A stretch of DNA of 64,000 nucleotides from Halieaceae bacterium. GTDB lineage: Bacteria; Pseudomonadota; Gammaproteobacteria; Pseudomonadales; Halieaceae. Under the pieces are notes generated by a model. The model made no database searches. It saw nothing but the letters and a program-made list of their open reading frames with translations, and was not told where the DNA came from. The position numbers were made by a program, and so were the translations under genes. Numbering within the stretch: the stretch's first letter is position 1; each line of letters begins with the position of its first letter. Positions 42,301 through 54,074 of the stretch are shown in pieces. Location of the stretch: assembly GCA_039964455.1 (NCBI GenBank), contig JBDVXK010000010.1, positions 33,170-97,169 on the forward strand, read 5' to 3'.

Positions 42301-43788
42301 CTCAAGCAGGTTAATCCCAGTGCACTGGTGTCAGTGAAGCTGGTATCCGAGCCAGGCGTGGGCACAATTGCTGCCGGCGTTGCCAAGGCCTACGCTGACC
42401 TGATTACCATTAGTGGCTACGATGGGGGCACAGCGGCCAGCCCGCTTACCTCCATACGTTACGCTGGTTCCCCCTGGGAGTTGGGCTTGGCGGAAGTACA
42501 ACAGACCTTGCGCGGCAATAATCTGCGCGGGACTATCCGGCTGCAGACCGACGGAGGACTGAAGACCGGCCTTGACGTAATCAAGGCTGCGATACTGGGC
42601 GCTGAAAGTTTCGGCTTTGGTACGGCTCCTATGGTGGCGTTGGGCTGTAAATACCTGCGTATCTGCCACCTGAATAACTGCGCGACTGGCGTTGCCACCC
42701 AGAACCAGAAACTGCGCGAGGATCATTTTAACGGCACCGTTGAGATGGTGGTGAACCTGTTCACCTTCATCGCTACCGAGACCCGTGAGTGGCTTGCTCG
42801 CCTTGGCGTTCCATCACTTGAGGCGCTGATAGGCCGCACCGATTTGTTGGCCTGTCTTCCGGGCGAAACGGACAAGCAGGCCGGCCTGGACCTGTCGCCT
42901 ATCCTGCACAAGGACCCATCGGCTGATGGCCAGCCTGAGTTTTGCCAGGTCAGCTCAAATGATCCTTTTGACCGCGGTGAAAAAGCCGAACAGATGGTTG
43001 CCGCTGCGCTAGGTTCCATTGAGAGTCAGTCGGGAGGCGAGTTCAGCTTCTCTGTGACCAACTGTGACCGATCCATCGGTGCTCGCCTGTCAGGAGAGAT
43101 CGCCCGTCGCTATGGCAACACCGGGATGGAAAATAATCCTGTTGTACTGCGCCTGAAAGGTACGGCCGGACAGAGTTTCGGCGTCTGGAACGCCGGCGGT
43201 CTGCATATGTATCTCGAGGGCGATTCCAACGACTACGTGGGTAAGGGCATGGCCGGCGGTAAGTTGGTTGTGTATCCGCCGTTAGTCAGTCAGTTCAAAT
43301 CGCACGAAACAACCATTATCGGCAACACCTGTTTGTATGGTGCCACCGGTGGCCGTTTGTTTGCAGCTGGTATTGCCGGCGAGCGCTTCGCTGTGCGCAA
43401 CAGCGGAGCTCACGCAGTGGTTGAGGGAGCAGGGGACCACTGCTGTGAATATATGACCGGCGGTAGCATTACTGTACTGGGCTCCACGGGCGTTAACTTC
43501 GGTGCCGGAATGACTGGTGGTTTCGCCTACGTGCTGGACCTGGATCGCTCCTTCATCGACAAGTACAACAGCGAATTGGTCGAGATTCATCGGGTTAACT
43601 CAGAGTATATGGAGCCTTACCGCTACCATTTGCGCAATAACATCAAGGAATTCACTGAGGAAACCGGCTCAGAGTGGGGCGCCACACTGCTGGATAATTT
43701 TGAGGATTACGTGGGTAAGTTCTGGCTGGTGAAGCCTAAGGCCGCGGACCTGGATCGCCTGTTGTCGCGTTTGCGCAACACGGATTGA
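39346..43788 (+). CDS. gltB: Glutamate synthase large subunit
   Basis: The start was moved to ATG 39346, giving [22 protein letters not shown] (the Ntn amidotransferase Cys). FMN/FeS and GXGXG domains follow. 1480 aa. Confidence 0.95.
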   Translation: MSAGLYRPEEFRDNCGFGLIAHTSGDASHRLLQTAIESLTCMTHRGGIAADGKTGDGCGLLMQMPTSFMRTLAQESFGAEPAEHFAVGQIFLSTDEEKARASRLAMEQVFKDLGLSVLGWRLVPTDSSVCGEIALDSLPRIEQVFVDAPGIDEADLTTRLFVARRKAEMANESDEEFYICSLSARVIAYKGLVMPVDLPRFYSDLDDERLTTAICVFHQRFSTNTMPKWPLAQPFRLLAHNGEINTIEGNRNWAEARTAAFDTDKLPNIRDIAPLVNRTGSDSSSLDNMLDVLLTGGVDMARALRMLIPPAWQNIESMDPDLKAFYEYHSMHMEPWDGPAGIVLTDGRYAVCLLDRNGLRPARWVTTKDGFITLASEVGTHGYRDEDVIAKGRVGPGQILMVDTHTGELLQTDEIDNRLKSRHPYKRWLKEKAQRIEGTFGGEATPGIESEALENYMKMFQVSFEERDQVLRPLAETGNEAVGSMGDDTPMAVLSRHQRSLYDYFRQKFAQVTNPPIDPLRETIVMSLETDLGGEKNVFHEGPDHADRVILTSPVLSQGKFNTLLQLNRPGFEVRDIDCTYEADNTDLKSALQDLTARAETAVREGITILVLSDRAVAKGRLPIHSLLATGAVHHHLIRAGLRCDANIVVESASARDSHQIASLLGFGATAVYPYLAYSVLEDLIRSGELLGEPSACFKNYRKGINKGLLKIMSKMGISAVSSYRGAQLFEAVGLSREVTDIAFCGVASRIQGSGFAELEEEQKSLARDAWSQRKTIQQGGLLKYVHGQEYHAFNPDVVTTLQEAVATGDYATYSRYAALVNERPVATLRDLLKPVEAQSPLALEEVEPIENILRRFDSAGMSLGALSPEAHEGLAAAMNRMGARSNSGEGGEDPKRFGTERVSKIKQIASGRFGVTPHYLVNAEVLQIKVAQGAKPGEGGQLPGGKVNDLIANLRYSVPGVTLISPPPHHDIYSIEDLAQLIYDLKQVNPSALVSVKLVSEPGVGTIAAGVAKAYADLITISGYDGGTAASPLTSIRYAGSPWELGLAEVQQTLRGNNLRGTIRLQTDGGLKTGLDVIKAAILGAESFGFGTAPMVALGCKYLRICHLNNCATGVATQNQKLREDHFNGTVEMVVNLFTFIATETREWLARLGVPSLEALIGRTDLLACLPGETDKQAGLDLSPILHKDPSADGQPEFCQVSSNDPFDRGEKAEQMVAAALGSIESQSGGEFSFSVTNCDRSIGARLSGEIARRYGNTGMENNPVVLRLKGTAGQSFGVWNAGGLHMYLEGDSNDYVGKGMAGGKLVVYPPLVSQFKSHETTIIGNTCLYGATGGRLFAAGIAGERFAVRNSGAHAVVEGAGDHCCEYMTGGSITVLGSTGVNFGAGMTGGFAYVLDLDRSFIDKYNSELVEIHRVNSEYMEPYRYHLRNNIKEFTEETGSEWGATLLDNFEDYVGKFWLVKPKAADLDRLLSRLRNTD

Positions 43789-45234
<1,446 letters not shown>

Positions 45235-45248
45235 CGGCTTAGCTTCCT

Positions 45249-46316
45249 ATGACTGAATTGAAAAACGACCGATTCCTGCGGGCGCTGATGCGTCAGCCTG
45301 TTGACCGTACGCCTATCTGGATGATGCGCCAGGCCGGTCGCTATCTTCCTGAGTACCGCCAAACGCGCAAGCAGGCTGGTTCGTTCATGGATGTGTGCAC
45401 CAATCCCGAGCTCGCCTGCGAAGTCACCATGCAACCCCTGCGGCGCTACCCTATGGATGCCGCTATCCTTTTCTCCGATATTCTTACTATTCCTGATGCA
45501 CTCGGGCTTGGACTCTATTTTGAGGAAGGAGAAGGCCCCAGATTTCGTAAGACTGTGCGCAGTGAAGAAGATCTGGCGGGACTCAATACGATACGTGCTG
45601 AAGACGACCTGTCCTATGTGATGAATGCGGTGTCTACGATTCGGTCCGAGCTGAATGGCAGTGTGCCACTCATTGGGTTTTCGGGCAGCCCCTGGACCCT
45701 GGCCACTTACATGATCGAAGGCGGTTCTTCCAAGGATTTCAGCCGTGCCAAAACCATGGCGTATGATCAACCGGAGCTGATGCATGCCTTACTGGGTTTG
45801 CTGGCCGACGCTGTTGCGGACTATCTGTCGGCGCAGGTTGCCGCCGGAGCCCAGGCCCTGCAGATTTTCGATACCTGGGGTGGTGCGCTGAGTGCTGCCG
45901 GTTATCGTGAGTTTTCCCTGAAGTATATGCAGCGGATTATTGCCCGGTTACCAACGGAGTCCGAGGGACGACCTGTGCCGGTGATCGTGTTCACCAAAGG
46001 CGGTGGCCAGTGGCTGAGTGCAATTGCCGACTGCGGCGCTCAGGCTGTCGGGATAGATTGGACCACAGATATACGGATTGCGCGTGAACAGGTGGGCGAG
46101 AGGGTTTCCCTGCAGGGCAATATGGATCCTATGATGCTATTTGCATCGCCAGGTAGAATCCGCGAAGAAGTTGCTGGCATTCTGGCTGGCTTTGGCCACG
46201 GCAGTGGCCACGTGTTTAATCTGGGTCATGGCATTACACCGGGCGTAAACCCCGATCACGTTACCGCCTTTGTGGATGCAGTTCAGGAACTGTCACCGCA
46301 ATATCATCAGTCCTGA
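45249..46316 (+). CDS. hemE: Uroporphyrinogen decarboxylase
   Basis: 355-aa ORF with [31 protein letters not shown]. Confidence 0.95.
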   Translation: MTELKNDRFLRALMRQPVDRTPIWMMRQAGRYLPEYRQTRKQAGSFMDVCTNPELACEVTMQPLRRYPMDAAILFSDILTIPDALGLGLYFEEGEGPRFRKTVRSEEDLAGLNTIRAEDDLSYVMNAVSTIRSELNGSVPLIGFSGSPWTLATYMIEGGSSKDFSRAKTMAYDQPELMHALLGLLADAVADYLSAQVAAGAQALQIFDTWGGALSAAGYREFSLKYMQRIIARLPTESEGRPVPVIVFTKGGGQWLSAIADCGAQAVGIDWTTDIRIAREQVGERVSLQGNMDPMMLFASPGRIREEVAGILAGFGHGSGHVFNLGHGITPGVNPDHVTAFVDAVQELSPQYHQS

Positions 46317-46325
46317 GGGATAGAC

Positions 46326-47150
46326 TCAGCCGCTTTGCTGCTTGGCCGCCTCGGCTGATTCATCGCAGCAGAAATCATGTTCCATCTCGAGTGCTGGCTG
46401 GTCTGAAGCCGGTCGGCCAACCACTTTCGCGGGTACCCCCGCAACGGTGGTGTGTGGCGGCACCTCGTCCAGGACAACGCTGCCTGCGCCCACCTTGGCA
46501 CCCTCACCAACCTCGATGTTGCCCAGTATCTTGGCGCCCGCACTGATCAATACACCGTCCCCGATCTTCGGGTGACGATCGCCTTCGTCTTTACCGGTGC
46601 CGCCCAGAGTTACCGACTGCAGGATGGACACATTGTTGCCAACGATCGCAGTTTCGCCAATCACCAGCCCTGTAGCGTGGTCCAGCATAATGCCGTGGCC
46701 AAGCTCTGCCGCGGGGTGTATATCAACACCGAATTCAGAGGACATCCGGTTCTGGAAGAAAAGCGCCAGCGACTCACGCCCCTGCTGCCACAGCCAATGT
46801 GCTACCCGGTAGGTTTCCAGTGCGTGGAAGCCCTTGAAGTAGAGAAACGGGATGTAAAGCTCGTGGCATGCCGAGTCACGCTCCATGACAGCGCAGAGAT
46901 CTGCGCGAACCTTCTCCAAAATGCAGGTGTCACTCCTGAAAGCTTCCAACATTACTTCCCGCAACAGCAGTGAAGAAGCTGTCGGGCTATCCAGTTGGTT
47001 GGCCAGGTGAAAGCTGAGCGCGCGCTCCAGCTCAGCGTGATTCAGGATGGTTGCGTGCAGAAAGCTGGCAAGTATGGGCTCGTCCGCCGCGTGCATCGCG
47101 GTTTCCTCGCGAATTCTCAACCAAACCTTGTCTTCGTTACTGGGTGACAT
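46326..47150 (-). CDS. cysE: Serine O-acetyltransferase
   Basis: SATase N-terminal domain plus hexapeptide repeats (DIHPAAELGHGIMLDHATGLVIGETA...GDRHPKIGDGVLISAGAKILG). I prefer the start at 47150, which has GAGG 8 nt upstream, over the listed 47177. Confidence 0.9.
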   Translation of the reverse strand: MSPSNEDKVWLRIREETAMHAADEPILASFLHATILNHAELERALSFHLANQLDSPTASSLLLREVMLEAFRSDTCILEKVRADLCAVMERDSACHELYIPFLYFKGFHALETYRVAHWLWQQGRESLALFFQNRMSSEFGVDIHPAAELGHGIMLDHATGLVIGETAIVGNNVSILQSVTLGGTGKDEGDRHPKIGDGVLISAGAKILGNIEVGEGAKVGAGSVVLDEVPPHTTVAGVPAKVVGRPASDQPALEMEHDFCCDESAEAAKQQSG

Positions 47151-47200
47151 AAGCCTACCTCGTCTTGAACCCGCCACTTTAGCTTATCGGCGAGGAATCG

Positions 47201-47866
47201 TCACATGCCCGTGGGCCTCACGTCGCCTCGGTAGCGCCATAGGGGGTGCCCACTGTCGGCATATTTTTGCTCGAACAGGGTCAGTGCGCTGCCCTGCATA
47301 ACAAATTGGGATACGTAGCCGGGTGTGCCGGCGAGGTGCAGGGCGAGGCCGAACTCCTCTGCGTAGATCTGCCAGTTGGTACGCAGCTCTATCGAACCCC
47401 CCAGAGCCAATAGCAGAGGGAAAGCTGGATGCCCATGTATGCGGCGCTTCAGGTGTGAGCGCTTGGGCCAGGGGTTGGGGTAGAGCAGGTAATGATGGCT
47501 AAGGGTGATTCCCGCTTCCACCAGTAGCAGCCATAATGGCTCACACTCAGCACGCAACAAGAGATAGTTGTCCTGCGAGTGACTATGGCGTGACAGGCGC
47601 TGGGCCGATTGGTCGATGCCTACCACCAGATGATCCGGGTGGCGCGCGGCAAGCTGTGCGGTGCTAAGGCCCGTGCCGCAAAACGAGTCGAGAATCAGTG
47701 GCCTGTTCTGCTCCGCGATGCTGGCATTGATCGCATCGAATGCCTCGCTGTTGAAGTCAGCAACAGGCTTTTGCCAGCGTGCCTGCATGTGACGCCGCAG
47801 CAATTCAGGCAGCCCGGGGTGCGTATGCTGCTGATTACTTCTGACCTGTCTGGAAGCTGTCCGCAC
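47201..47866 (-). CDS. TrmB-family (methyltransf_4-like) SAM-dependent methyltransferase
   Basis: 221-aa ORF with SAM motif ILDSFCGTGLST and a YPNPWPK motif resembling the FPDPW(H/P)K motif of tRNA m7G46 methyltransferases. The substrate is not inferable. Confidence 0.6.
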   Translation of the reverse strand: MRTASRQVRSNQQHTHPGLPELLRRHMQARWQKPVADFNSEAFDAINASIAEQNRPLILDSFCGTGLSTAQLAARHPDHLVVGIDQSAQRLSRHSHSQDNYLLLRAECEPLWLLLVEAGITLSHHYLLYPNPWPKRSHLKRRIHGHPAFPLLLALGGSIELRTNWQIYAEEFGLALHLAGTPGYVSQFVMQGSALTLFEQKYADSGHPLWRYRGDVRPTGM

Positions 47867-47988
47867 GCGTGCCGTGCTCCTGTAAACTGGGTAGAAAAAT
47901 CAGACCGACATTTGATGTCAGTCAGTGCCCCTGAGATCATAAGGGCTCAGACTCCCCTGATCTACCGAAATGGATACCGAGCAACGCG

Positions 47989-48711
47989 ATGCGTGATGAT
48001 CTGCGGCCCTATTGGCTAAAAAAAACCTACCTGAAGTTTCGACACTGGTATACCGACTATTTTGTGCGACCTCAGTGCGCGTCCTTGGGGCCTTATGATG
48101 CCGTAATGAAGCCCTGGTATGTGCATATCTCTGGCCCCAATATCCAGATCGGGCAGTGTTTTACCGCTATCGGAGAACCCATGCACCGCGTTGAGGTCGG
48201 GGTCTGGGGGCGAGAGCCTGGCCACGGAGCCATAACCATAGGGGATGGCGTGTTGCTCAGCCCCGGTACCCGGCTTAGCGCCTGCGACAGCATCACTATT
48301 GGCAACGGTGTGATGATGGCGAATGGCACTTACATCACCGACTCGGACTGGCATACGATTTATGATCGCACCCAGCGCTCAGAGAAGCAGACCCCGGTGG
48401 TGGTCGGTGACAATGTTTGGTTGGGTGACCACGCTACGGTCCTGAAAGGGGTAACCATTGGCGAGAACAGCGTGGTTGCGGCGCGCGCTGTTGTGACGCG
48501 CGATGTGCCGGCCAATGTGATTGTGGCGGGTAACCCGGCGCAGGTGGTGAAGGAGCTGGACCCTGACCGGGAAATGACGACCCGGCTTGATTACTTTGCT
48601 GATCCGGCAGGGTTGGAGCAATTTTTTGACAAGGTTGATAAGCAGGTGCTCGCCGGTAACAGCTTCTGGCGCTGGTTATTTTCTGTGGTTTATCCGGCAT
48701 CGCGGCGCTGA
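47989..48711 (+). CDS. Hexapeptide-repeat (LbH) acyl/acetyltransferase
   Basis: 240-aa ORF with left-handed beta-helix repeats (ITIGDGVLLSPG, ITIGNGVMMANG, VVVGDNVWLGDHATVLKGVTIGENSVVAARAVV). Confidence 0.75.
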   Translation: MRDDLRPYWLKKTYLKFRHWYTDYFVRPQCASLGPYDAVMKPWYVHISGPNIQIGQCFTAIGEPMHRVEVGVWGREPGHGAITIGDGVLLSPGTRLSACDSITIGNGVMMANGTYITDSDWHTIYDRTQRSEKQTPVVVGDNVWLGDHATVLKGVTIGENSVVAARAVVTRDVPANVIVAGNPAQVVKELDPDREMTTRLDYFADPAGLEQFFDKVDKQVLAGNSFWRWLFSVVYPASRR

Positions 48712-48728
48712 TGACCTGAGCGACTGAG

Positions 48729-49709
48729 CTATAGCAGCTGTAATGGTTCTTCTTGCAGGGCCGACATTTGCTCCCGCAACTCCAGAATGTGTTCCGCCCA
48801 GTAACGCTCGCTATTGAACCAGGTAAAGCTATGCGGGAAAGCGGGGTCCTGCCAGCGGCGCCCCAACCAGGCCGCATAATGCACCAGCCGCATGGTTCGC
48901 AGGCTTTCCAGCCAACGCAACTGCCGTGGCTGGAAGTCACAAAACTCAGAGTAACCTTCGATTAATTCCGAAAGCTGCAGCTGCTTGTCGTGGCGCTCGC
49001 CGTTGAGGAACATCCACAGGTCCTGTATTGCCGGCGCCATGCAACAGTCGTCCAGATCAACAAAATGGGCGCAATCGTCACGCCACAGGATGTTGCCCAC
49101 GTGGCAGTCACCGTGTACCCGAATCATACTGTCGGGATCAACCTCCTCGAACACCTCGCTGACGATTGCCAGCAAGTCGGCGGTCAGAGAATTGTAGGCG
49201 GGCTCCAGGCTGGTCGGGATGAAATTTTCCAGCAAGAACTCGCGGCTGTCTGCGACCATGCGTTGTACGCTCATGGTCTGGCGGTGAGCAAAAGTGGTGG
49301 CTTTTCCTACGCTGTGTATCCTGCCCAGTGTGCGCCCCAATACCAGCAGGTTATCGAGATTATCGAGTTCCGGCGGATAGCCGCCGCGCCGGGGAAACAG
49401 CGCGAACAGGAAGTCGTCATAGCGATGCAGGCTTTCTCCGTCGGCGCTGATTAGCGGTGCTACCACCGATATATCTGCGTCCTTTAGCTCGAAGCTGAAA
49501 CTGTGTTCTTCCCTGATCTGTTCCTCGGTCCATCGCTCGGGCCGGTAAAATTTGGCGACCAGGGGTACCTCGTCTTCTATGCCTACCTGGTAAACCCGAT
49601 TTTCATAGCTGTTCAGGGCGAGTAACCGTGCATCGCTTCGGTAGCCCGCCGACTCGACGGCCGTGATGACAGCATCCGGCGTCAAGCTGTCATAGGGATG
49701 CTCGCTCAC
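48729..49709 (-). CDS. srkA: Stress response serine/threonine kinase SrkA (YihE/RdoA family)
   Basis: 326-aa ORF with LNSYENRVYQV, KFYRPERW and HGDCHVGNILW motifs. Its GTG start overlaps the modC stop (GTGA). Confidence 0.85.
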   Translation of the reverse strand: MSEHPYDSLTPDAVITAVESAGYRSDARLLALNSYENRVYQVGIEDEVPLVAKFYRPERWTEEQIREEHSFSFELKDADISVVAPLISADGESLHRYDDFLFALFPRRGGYPPELDNLDNLLVLGRTLGRIHSVGKATTFAHRQTMSVQRMVADSREFLLENFIPTSLEPAYNSLTADLLAIVSEVFEEVDPDSMIRVHGDCHVGNILWRDDCAHFVDLDDCCMAPAIQDLWMFLNGERHDKQLQLSELIEGYSEFCDFQPRQLRWLESLRTMRLVHYAAWLGRRWQDPAFPHSFTWFNSERYWAEHILELREQMSALQEEPLQLL

Positions 49710-50809
49710 GGCTGGTCTCCTGCGTCACTGAGCAGGGCTGCACTTTTGATCTGCGCATACAGTATGTCGCCGGGCTGAAGCTTCAGCTCTGTGGCTGACT
49801 TACGTGTGATGCGAGCGAGCATAGACTGCTGGTCGAGCGTCAGGCGCAGTAACATACGGGCATCAGATGTTTCCTCCATCTCGGTCAGCTTGACCTGCAG
49901 AATATTAAGAATACTTGTCGCCTCTGGTTTTTCTCGACAGACGCTCACATCCCGGGCCGGAATTCTGATGCGCCGTTTATCGCCAATCTCTCCGGCAAGT
50001 TGATTGACCCACAGTGACTGTTGTTCCAATTGCAGCTCGGTCAAGCCGTAGTGATCGTCATGGCGGGCAATCGTGGCACTGGCGATTGCAGCCGCGTGCT
50101 CCTGGTGGGCGAGGGAGTTGTCCAACCTGCTGGTCAGCTCAAGCAGTGGCCCCTGTTCTCTGACCTTGCCCTGATCCAGCACCAGTATATGGTCTGCTAA
50201 CTGACTGACTTCATGAATATCATGACTGACATATAACATCGGCAACTGTAGAGCCTCCCGGGCAGACCGCAGACCTTGCAGGCATTTATTTCTGGCTGCC
50301 CCATCAAGATTCGCCAAAGGTTCGTCCAGTAGCAACAGATCAGGCCCGCTGAGCAGAGCGCGTCCAATTGCCACGCGCTGTTTCTGTCCCGCTGAAAGTT
50401 GGTCGCAGGGCCGCTCCAGTAAGTCGTGCAGTGACAGCCACTGGCAAACAGTGTCCAGAGGCAGTGCATCGTTCTGCGCCCGCTGGCTGGCAAAGCGCAG
50501 GTTGCCGCGCACGTCCAGATGTGGAAACAGGCGGGCATCCTGGAAAACAAAACCGACGCGACGTTGCCAGGTGGGAACGAGATCATTGTCAGACAGCCAG
50601 CTTTGGCCGCCAAATTGAATCGTACTCCCCGGCTCTGCCGCGCGCAGTCCCGCCAGGCATTCCAGTAAGGTGGTTTTGCCGCTGCCACTGGCGCCATAAA
50701 TGGCGGTAGTGGAGCCAGCCGGCAATTGGCAGTCGACATCGAGGCAGAAGCCATCGCTGCCATAACATTGCAGCTTCAGGTCAATCGCACTCATGAGCGC
50801 AATCCCCAA
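49706..50809 (-). CDS. modC: Molybdate ABC transporter ATP-binding protein
   Basis: 367-aa ORF with Walker A GASGSGKTT, LSAGQKQR, LLLLDEP and a C-terminal TOBE-like domain. Confidence 0.9.
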   Translation of the reverse strand: MGIALMSAIDLKLQCYGSDGFCLDVDCQLPAGSTTAIYGASGSGKTTLLECLAGLRAAEPGSTIQFGGQSWLSDNDLVPTWQRRVGFVFQDARLFPHLDVRGNLRFASQRAQNDALPLDTVCQWLSLHDLLERPCDQLSAGQKQRVAIGRALLSGPDLLLLDEPLANLDGAARNKCLQGLRSAREALQLPMLYVSHDIHEVSQLADHILVLDQGKVREQGPLLELTSRLDNSLAHQEHAAAIASATIARHDDHYGLTELQLEQQSLWVNQLAGEIGDKRRIRIPARDVSVCREKPEATSILNILQVKLTEMEETSDARMLLRLTLDQQSMLARITRKSATELKLQPGDILYAQIKSAALLSDAGDQP

Positions 50810-51468
50810 CGGTTTTCATCACTGCGATAAAGCAGGAACAGCGTTAACAGGGAAAATACGACGAGTCCGCCCGCCAGTTGGTGAGCTTCGGCAAAGCGCA
50901 AAGACTCTACCGTGTCGTAAAGCGCTATCGAAAGCACCTGTGTTTCGCCAGGGATATTGCCGCCTATCATCAGGACCACGCCAAATTCTCCCACAGTGTG
51001 GGCGAAGCCCAGACTGGCGGCGATCAGAAAACTGCGACGCGTGAGCGGCAGAACAATCGACCTGAATTGATCAAATGGCGTTGCGCCCAGCGTTGCAGCG
51101 GCGTCCAGCAGGTCGCTGGGAATACGCCTGAAGGCCTGTTGCAGTGGCTGCACGACAAAGGGCAGGGAATATAATACTGAGCCTATGACCAGTGCGCTAA
51201 AGCTGAATGCCAGCTGCGTGCCGGTTAACTGCTGCCACAGCTCGCCTACCGCTGTGCCCGGGGCGAACATGATAAGCAGGTAAAATCCCAGTACGGTGGG
51301 CGGCAGAATCAATGGCAGTGCAACCACCGCCTCAATAGCAGCCGTGGTTGACCCTGTCCGGCGGGAGAGCCACCAGGCCAGAGGCGTGCCCAGTAGCAGA
51401 AGGATAATCGTGGTAGTCGCTGCCAGGGCGACCGTTAGCCAAATGGCTGTTTGAATAGGGTCATTCAT
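50791..51468 (-). CDS. modB: Molybdate ABC transporter permease
   Basis: 225-aa polytopic ORF with an EAA-like loop (DAAATLGATPFDQFRSIVLPL), between modA and modC. Confidence 0.9.
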   Translation of the reverse strand: MNDPIQTAIWLTVALAATTTIILLLLGTPLAWWLSRRTGSTTAAIEAVVALPLILPPTVLGFYLLIMFAPGTAVGELWQQLTGTQLAFSFSALVIGSVLYSLPFVVQPLQQAFRRIPSDLLDAAATLGATPFDQFRSIVLPLTRRSFLIAASLGFAHTVGEFGVVLMIGGNIPGETQVLSIALYDTVESLRFAEAHQLAGGLVVFSLLTLFLLYRSDENRWGLRS

Positions 51469-52166
51469 AGGCAGGGATCATACCCCGCGGCAAGGATCTC
51501 TGCCTGCACAGTGGCGCTGAATAGCCAGTTGAAATAGCGCTGGGCAGCTTGCTTGTGTTGACCGGATGGCAGTAGCAACGCGAACTGGTCTATGGGCGGA
51601 TGCCATGCGGCGGGTATCGCGCTGGCGTCGGGGCCTGCCAGCGCCCTGGGCACCAGTGCCAGGTCTACGCTCCCGGCGTGCCAGAACTGGTAGGCCTGCA
51701 TGGCATTGTTGCCGCGCACCAGTTTACGACTAGCGCCCGCCAGGAAGGCTTCGCGTGATAATACTGCAGTAGCCGCTACGCCATAGGGGGCTGTTGCAGG
51801 ATTGGCGATTGCCACGCTTAATTTCGGGTCAGCCAACTGACCTGGTTGGCCGCCGGCCAGCGCCAGTTTACCCCGTGCATAACAACGCAGCTTATCGGGC
51901 TGTGTCTCTAACTTTTTTACCAGCGCCTCCGGGGTTCGCCGGTCTGCGGCCAGCAATACATCGTAAGGGGCGCCGCTCAATACCTGGTGGTAGAGCACAC
52001 CTGTAGCGCCGCTACTAAGGACGACGGTGTAGTCAGTTTCAGTCTCAAAACGGACGTTGAGTTTTTCCAGCAGCGGTCGAAAGTTGGTGGCCACTGCAAC
52101 GTGGACCTGGCTTTCCGCCCAGGTGGGCAAGACGACCAGCAAAGCCAGCAGGGGCAGTAAACGCAT
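51465..52166 (-). CDS. modA: Molybdate-binding periplasmic protein
   Basis: The start was moved to the ATG at 52166, giving signal peptide MRLLPLLALLVVLPTWAES. It has a ModA-like body and overlaps modB by 4 nt. Confidence 0.85.
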   Translation of the reverse strand: MRLLPLLALLVVLPTWAESQVHVAVATNFRPLLEKLNVRFETETDYTVVLSSGATGVLYHQVLSGAPYDVLLAADRRTPEALVKKLETQPDKLRCYARGKLALAGGQPGQLADPKLSVAIANPATAPYGVAATAVLSREAFLAGASRKLVRGNNAMQAYQFWHAGSVDLALVPRALAGPDASAIPAAWHPPIDQFALLLPSGQHKQAAQRYFNWLFSATVQAEILAAGYDPCL

Positions 52167-52197
52167 AAGGTCTCTGGTGTTCTCCCGTGAGTTACTT

Positions 52198-52914
52198 TCA
52201 CCGGTTATCTGGCGCCGGCGTTCTGGCAATGCACCAGACCTCTACATGGCTTGCTCCCGCCGCTTTTAACTTAAGCGACAGAGCGTGGGCGGTAGCCCCC
52301 GTGGTCATTACGTCATCGACAAGGGCAACGCGGAGGTTGTCACAGCGTCCCTGCACTGTAAAGGCATGGGCGGGCAGGGTATTGCGCTGTCGAGCTCCCA
52401 GGCTCGATTGGGCGGGGCTGTGCATTCGCCGCTTACAGACCAGCACTTGGGCTCGCGGTTGTTGTTGCCCAAAGGCGGCAGCCACAAGCTCCTGGGACTG
52501 GTTGAAACCCCGCCACAGCAGCCTGCGCCAGTGCAGGGGCACCGCCAGGATCAGGTCTGGCGGCTCGCCCGCTGCATGCCCGACGAGTAGCAAGCTTGCC
52601 AGTAACGGCGTCAGCCGCAGATCGCGGTGGTATTTCCATGCAGTGATCAGTGCCGCCAGTTGTGGGTCGTAAAGCCAGGCTGCCCGCACCTGATCAAAGG
52701 CAGGTGGCTGCGTCAGGCATCGGCCGCAGAGGCGGGTCAGCTCGCTGGCCGTTGCCAGCGGCAGCGCGCACTGGGCGCAGTGGTGCTCGTTGCGGGGAAG
52801 AGCACTCTGGCAGACACGGCACAGGGGAATGTCGCGCTCACTGGCCAATCCGCACAGGCGGCAGGTCTGAGGAAATATTTTGCTAATGAGACAGCCGGCA
52901 AAGCTGTTAACCAT
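52198..52914 (-). CDS. comF: ComF family protein (phosphoribosyltransferase domain with N-terminal Cys-rich zinc finger)
   Basis: 238-aa ORF with CRLCG...CRVC...CAQC...CGRC followed by PRTase motif VALVDDVMTTGAT. It is divergent from bioB. Confidence 0.8.
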   Translation of the reverse strand: MVNSFAGCLISKIFPQTCRLCGLASERDIPLCRVCQSALPRNEHHCAQCALPLATASELTRLCGRCLTQPPAFDQVRAAWLYDPQLAALITAWKYHRDLRLTPLLASLLLVGHAAGEPPDLILAVPLHWRRLLWRGFNQSQELVAAAFGQQQPRAQVLVCKRRMHSPAQSSLGARQRNTLPAHAFTVQGRCDNLRVALVDDVMTTGATAHALSLKLKAAGASHVEVWCIARTPAPDNR

Positions 52915-52989
52915 GAGTCCACTCCCAGGTTGACTGATAATTCCTACGCCGTATCATTAGCACTCGCCTAACCGCTTTTGGAAAATGCT

Positions 52990-54060
52990 ATGTCTGCCAC
53001 CGCCCATGGGCTGAACGCCACGTCTTCTGATGCCATCCGCCACGACTGGGGTCGCGCCGAGGTAGAGGCATTATTTGCTCTGCCGTTCAACGACCTCCTG
53101 TTTGCTGCTCAAACCGTGCATCGTCAGTATTTTGACCCAAATCAGGTGCAGGTCAGCACACTACTTTCCATCAAAACCGGCGCGTGTCCGGAGGATTGCG
53201 CGTATTGCCCGCAAAGTAATCGCTTTGATACCGGCCTCGAGGCTGAAAAATTGATGGAGGTGGAGCAGGTGCTGGAGCAGGCCAGGGCAGCCAGTGCCAG
53301 TGGTGCCACTCGTTTTTGTATGGGCGCCGCCTGGCGGTCGCCCAAGGACAGGGATATGCCCTATGTAGTTGCCATGGTCAAAGGCGTGCGTGATCTGGGG
53401 CTGGAGAGCTGCATGACCCTGGGTATGTTGACCGAGTCGCAGGCCGGTGAACTGGCCGAGGCCGGCCTGGATTACTACAACCACAACCTGGACACCTCGC
53501 CCGAGTACTACGGCGATATCATTACCACGCGTACCTACAAGGATCGTCTCGATACTCTCGAGCATGTGCGTGCTGCGGGTATGAAAGTCTGTAGCGGCGG
53601 TATTGTTGGCATGGGCGAAGAGCAAACGGATCGCGCGGGCTTGTTGCAGCAGTTGGCTAATATGCCAAAGCACCCTGAGAGTGTGCCTATCAATATGTTG
53701 GTCAGGGTAGAGGGTACACCGCTGGCAGATGAGGCTGACCTGGATCCGTTTGAGTTCATTCGTACTATCGCCGTGGCGCGAATCATGATGCCGGCCTCCC
53801 ATGTACGACTGTCCGCGGGCCGTGAGGAAATGAACGAGCAGATGCATGCACTGGCGTATTTTGCCGGTGCAAACTCTATCTTTTACGGAGAGAAACTGCT
53901 GACCACGCCGAACCCGCGTGCCAATTCTGATATGGCCTTGTTTGCCCGTTTGGGAATTGAGCCCGAGCAGCGATCGGTAGAATCCGCCCCGCAAACGCCT
54001 GATCCCCGATTCTATGACGCCGCTGATCAGGGGCAGTCTGCAGGCCAGTCCGTCCACTAA
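52990..54060 (+). CDS. bioB: Biotin synthase
   Basis: Radical SAM motif [11 protein letters not shown] plus the YNHNLDTS motif. The start is ATG 52990 or the upstream TTG 52978. Confidence 0.95.
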   Translation: MSATAHGLNATSSDAIRHDWGRAEVEALFALPFNDLLFAAQTVHRQYFDPNQVQVSTLLSIKTGACPEDCAYCPQSNRFDTGLEAEKLMEVEQVLEQARAASASGATRFCMGAAWRSPKDRDMPYVVAMVKGVRDLGLESCMTLGMLTESQAGELAEAGLDYYNHNLDTSPEYYGDIITTRTYKDRLDTLEHVRAAGMKVCSGGIVGMGEEQTDRAGLLQQLANMPKHPESVPINMLVRVEGTPLADEADLDPFEFIRTIAVARIMMPASHVRLSAGREEMNEQMHALAYFAGANSIFYGEKLLTTPNPRANSDMALFARLGIEPEQRSVESAPQTPDPRFYDAADQGQSAGQSVH

Positions 54061-54074
54061 CGGGAGCCAGCTTC

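Noticed and set aside
46313-46329. CTGAG-N7-CTCAG mini-hairpin spanning the hemE and cysE stop codons, considered as a bidirectional terminator
   Set aside because: The stem is only 5 bp and there is no T tract on either strand.
52915-52989. Imperfect palindrome CTGATAAT-N-ATCATTAG between comF and bioB, considered as a BirA/bio operator
   Set aside because: Only about 7 of 10 positions are symmetric, and I cannot tell from this window whether this organism's BirA has a DNA-binding domain. The evidence is too weak to call.
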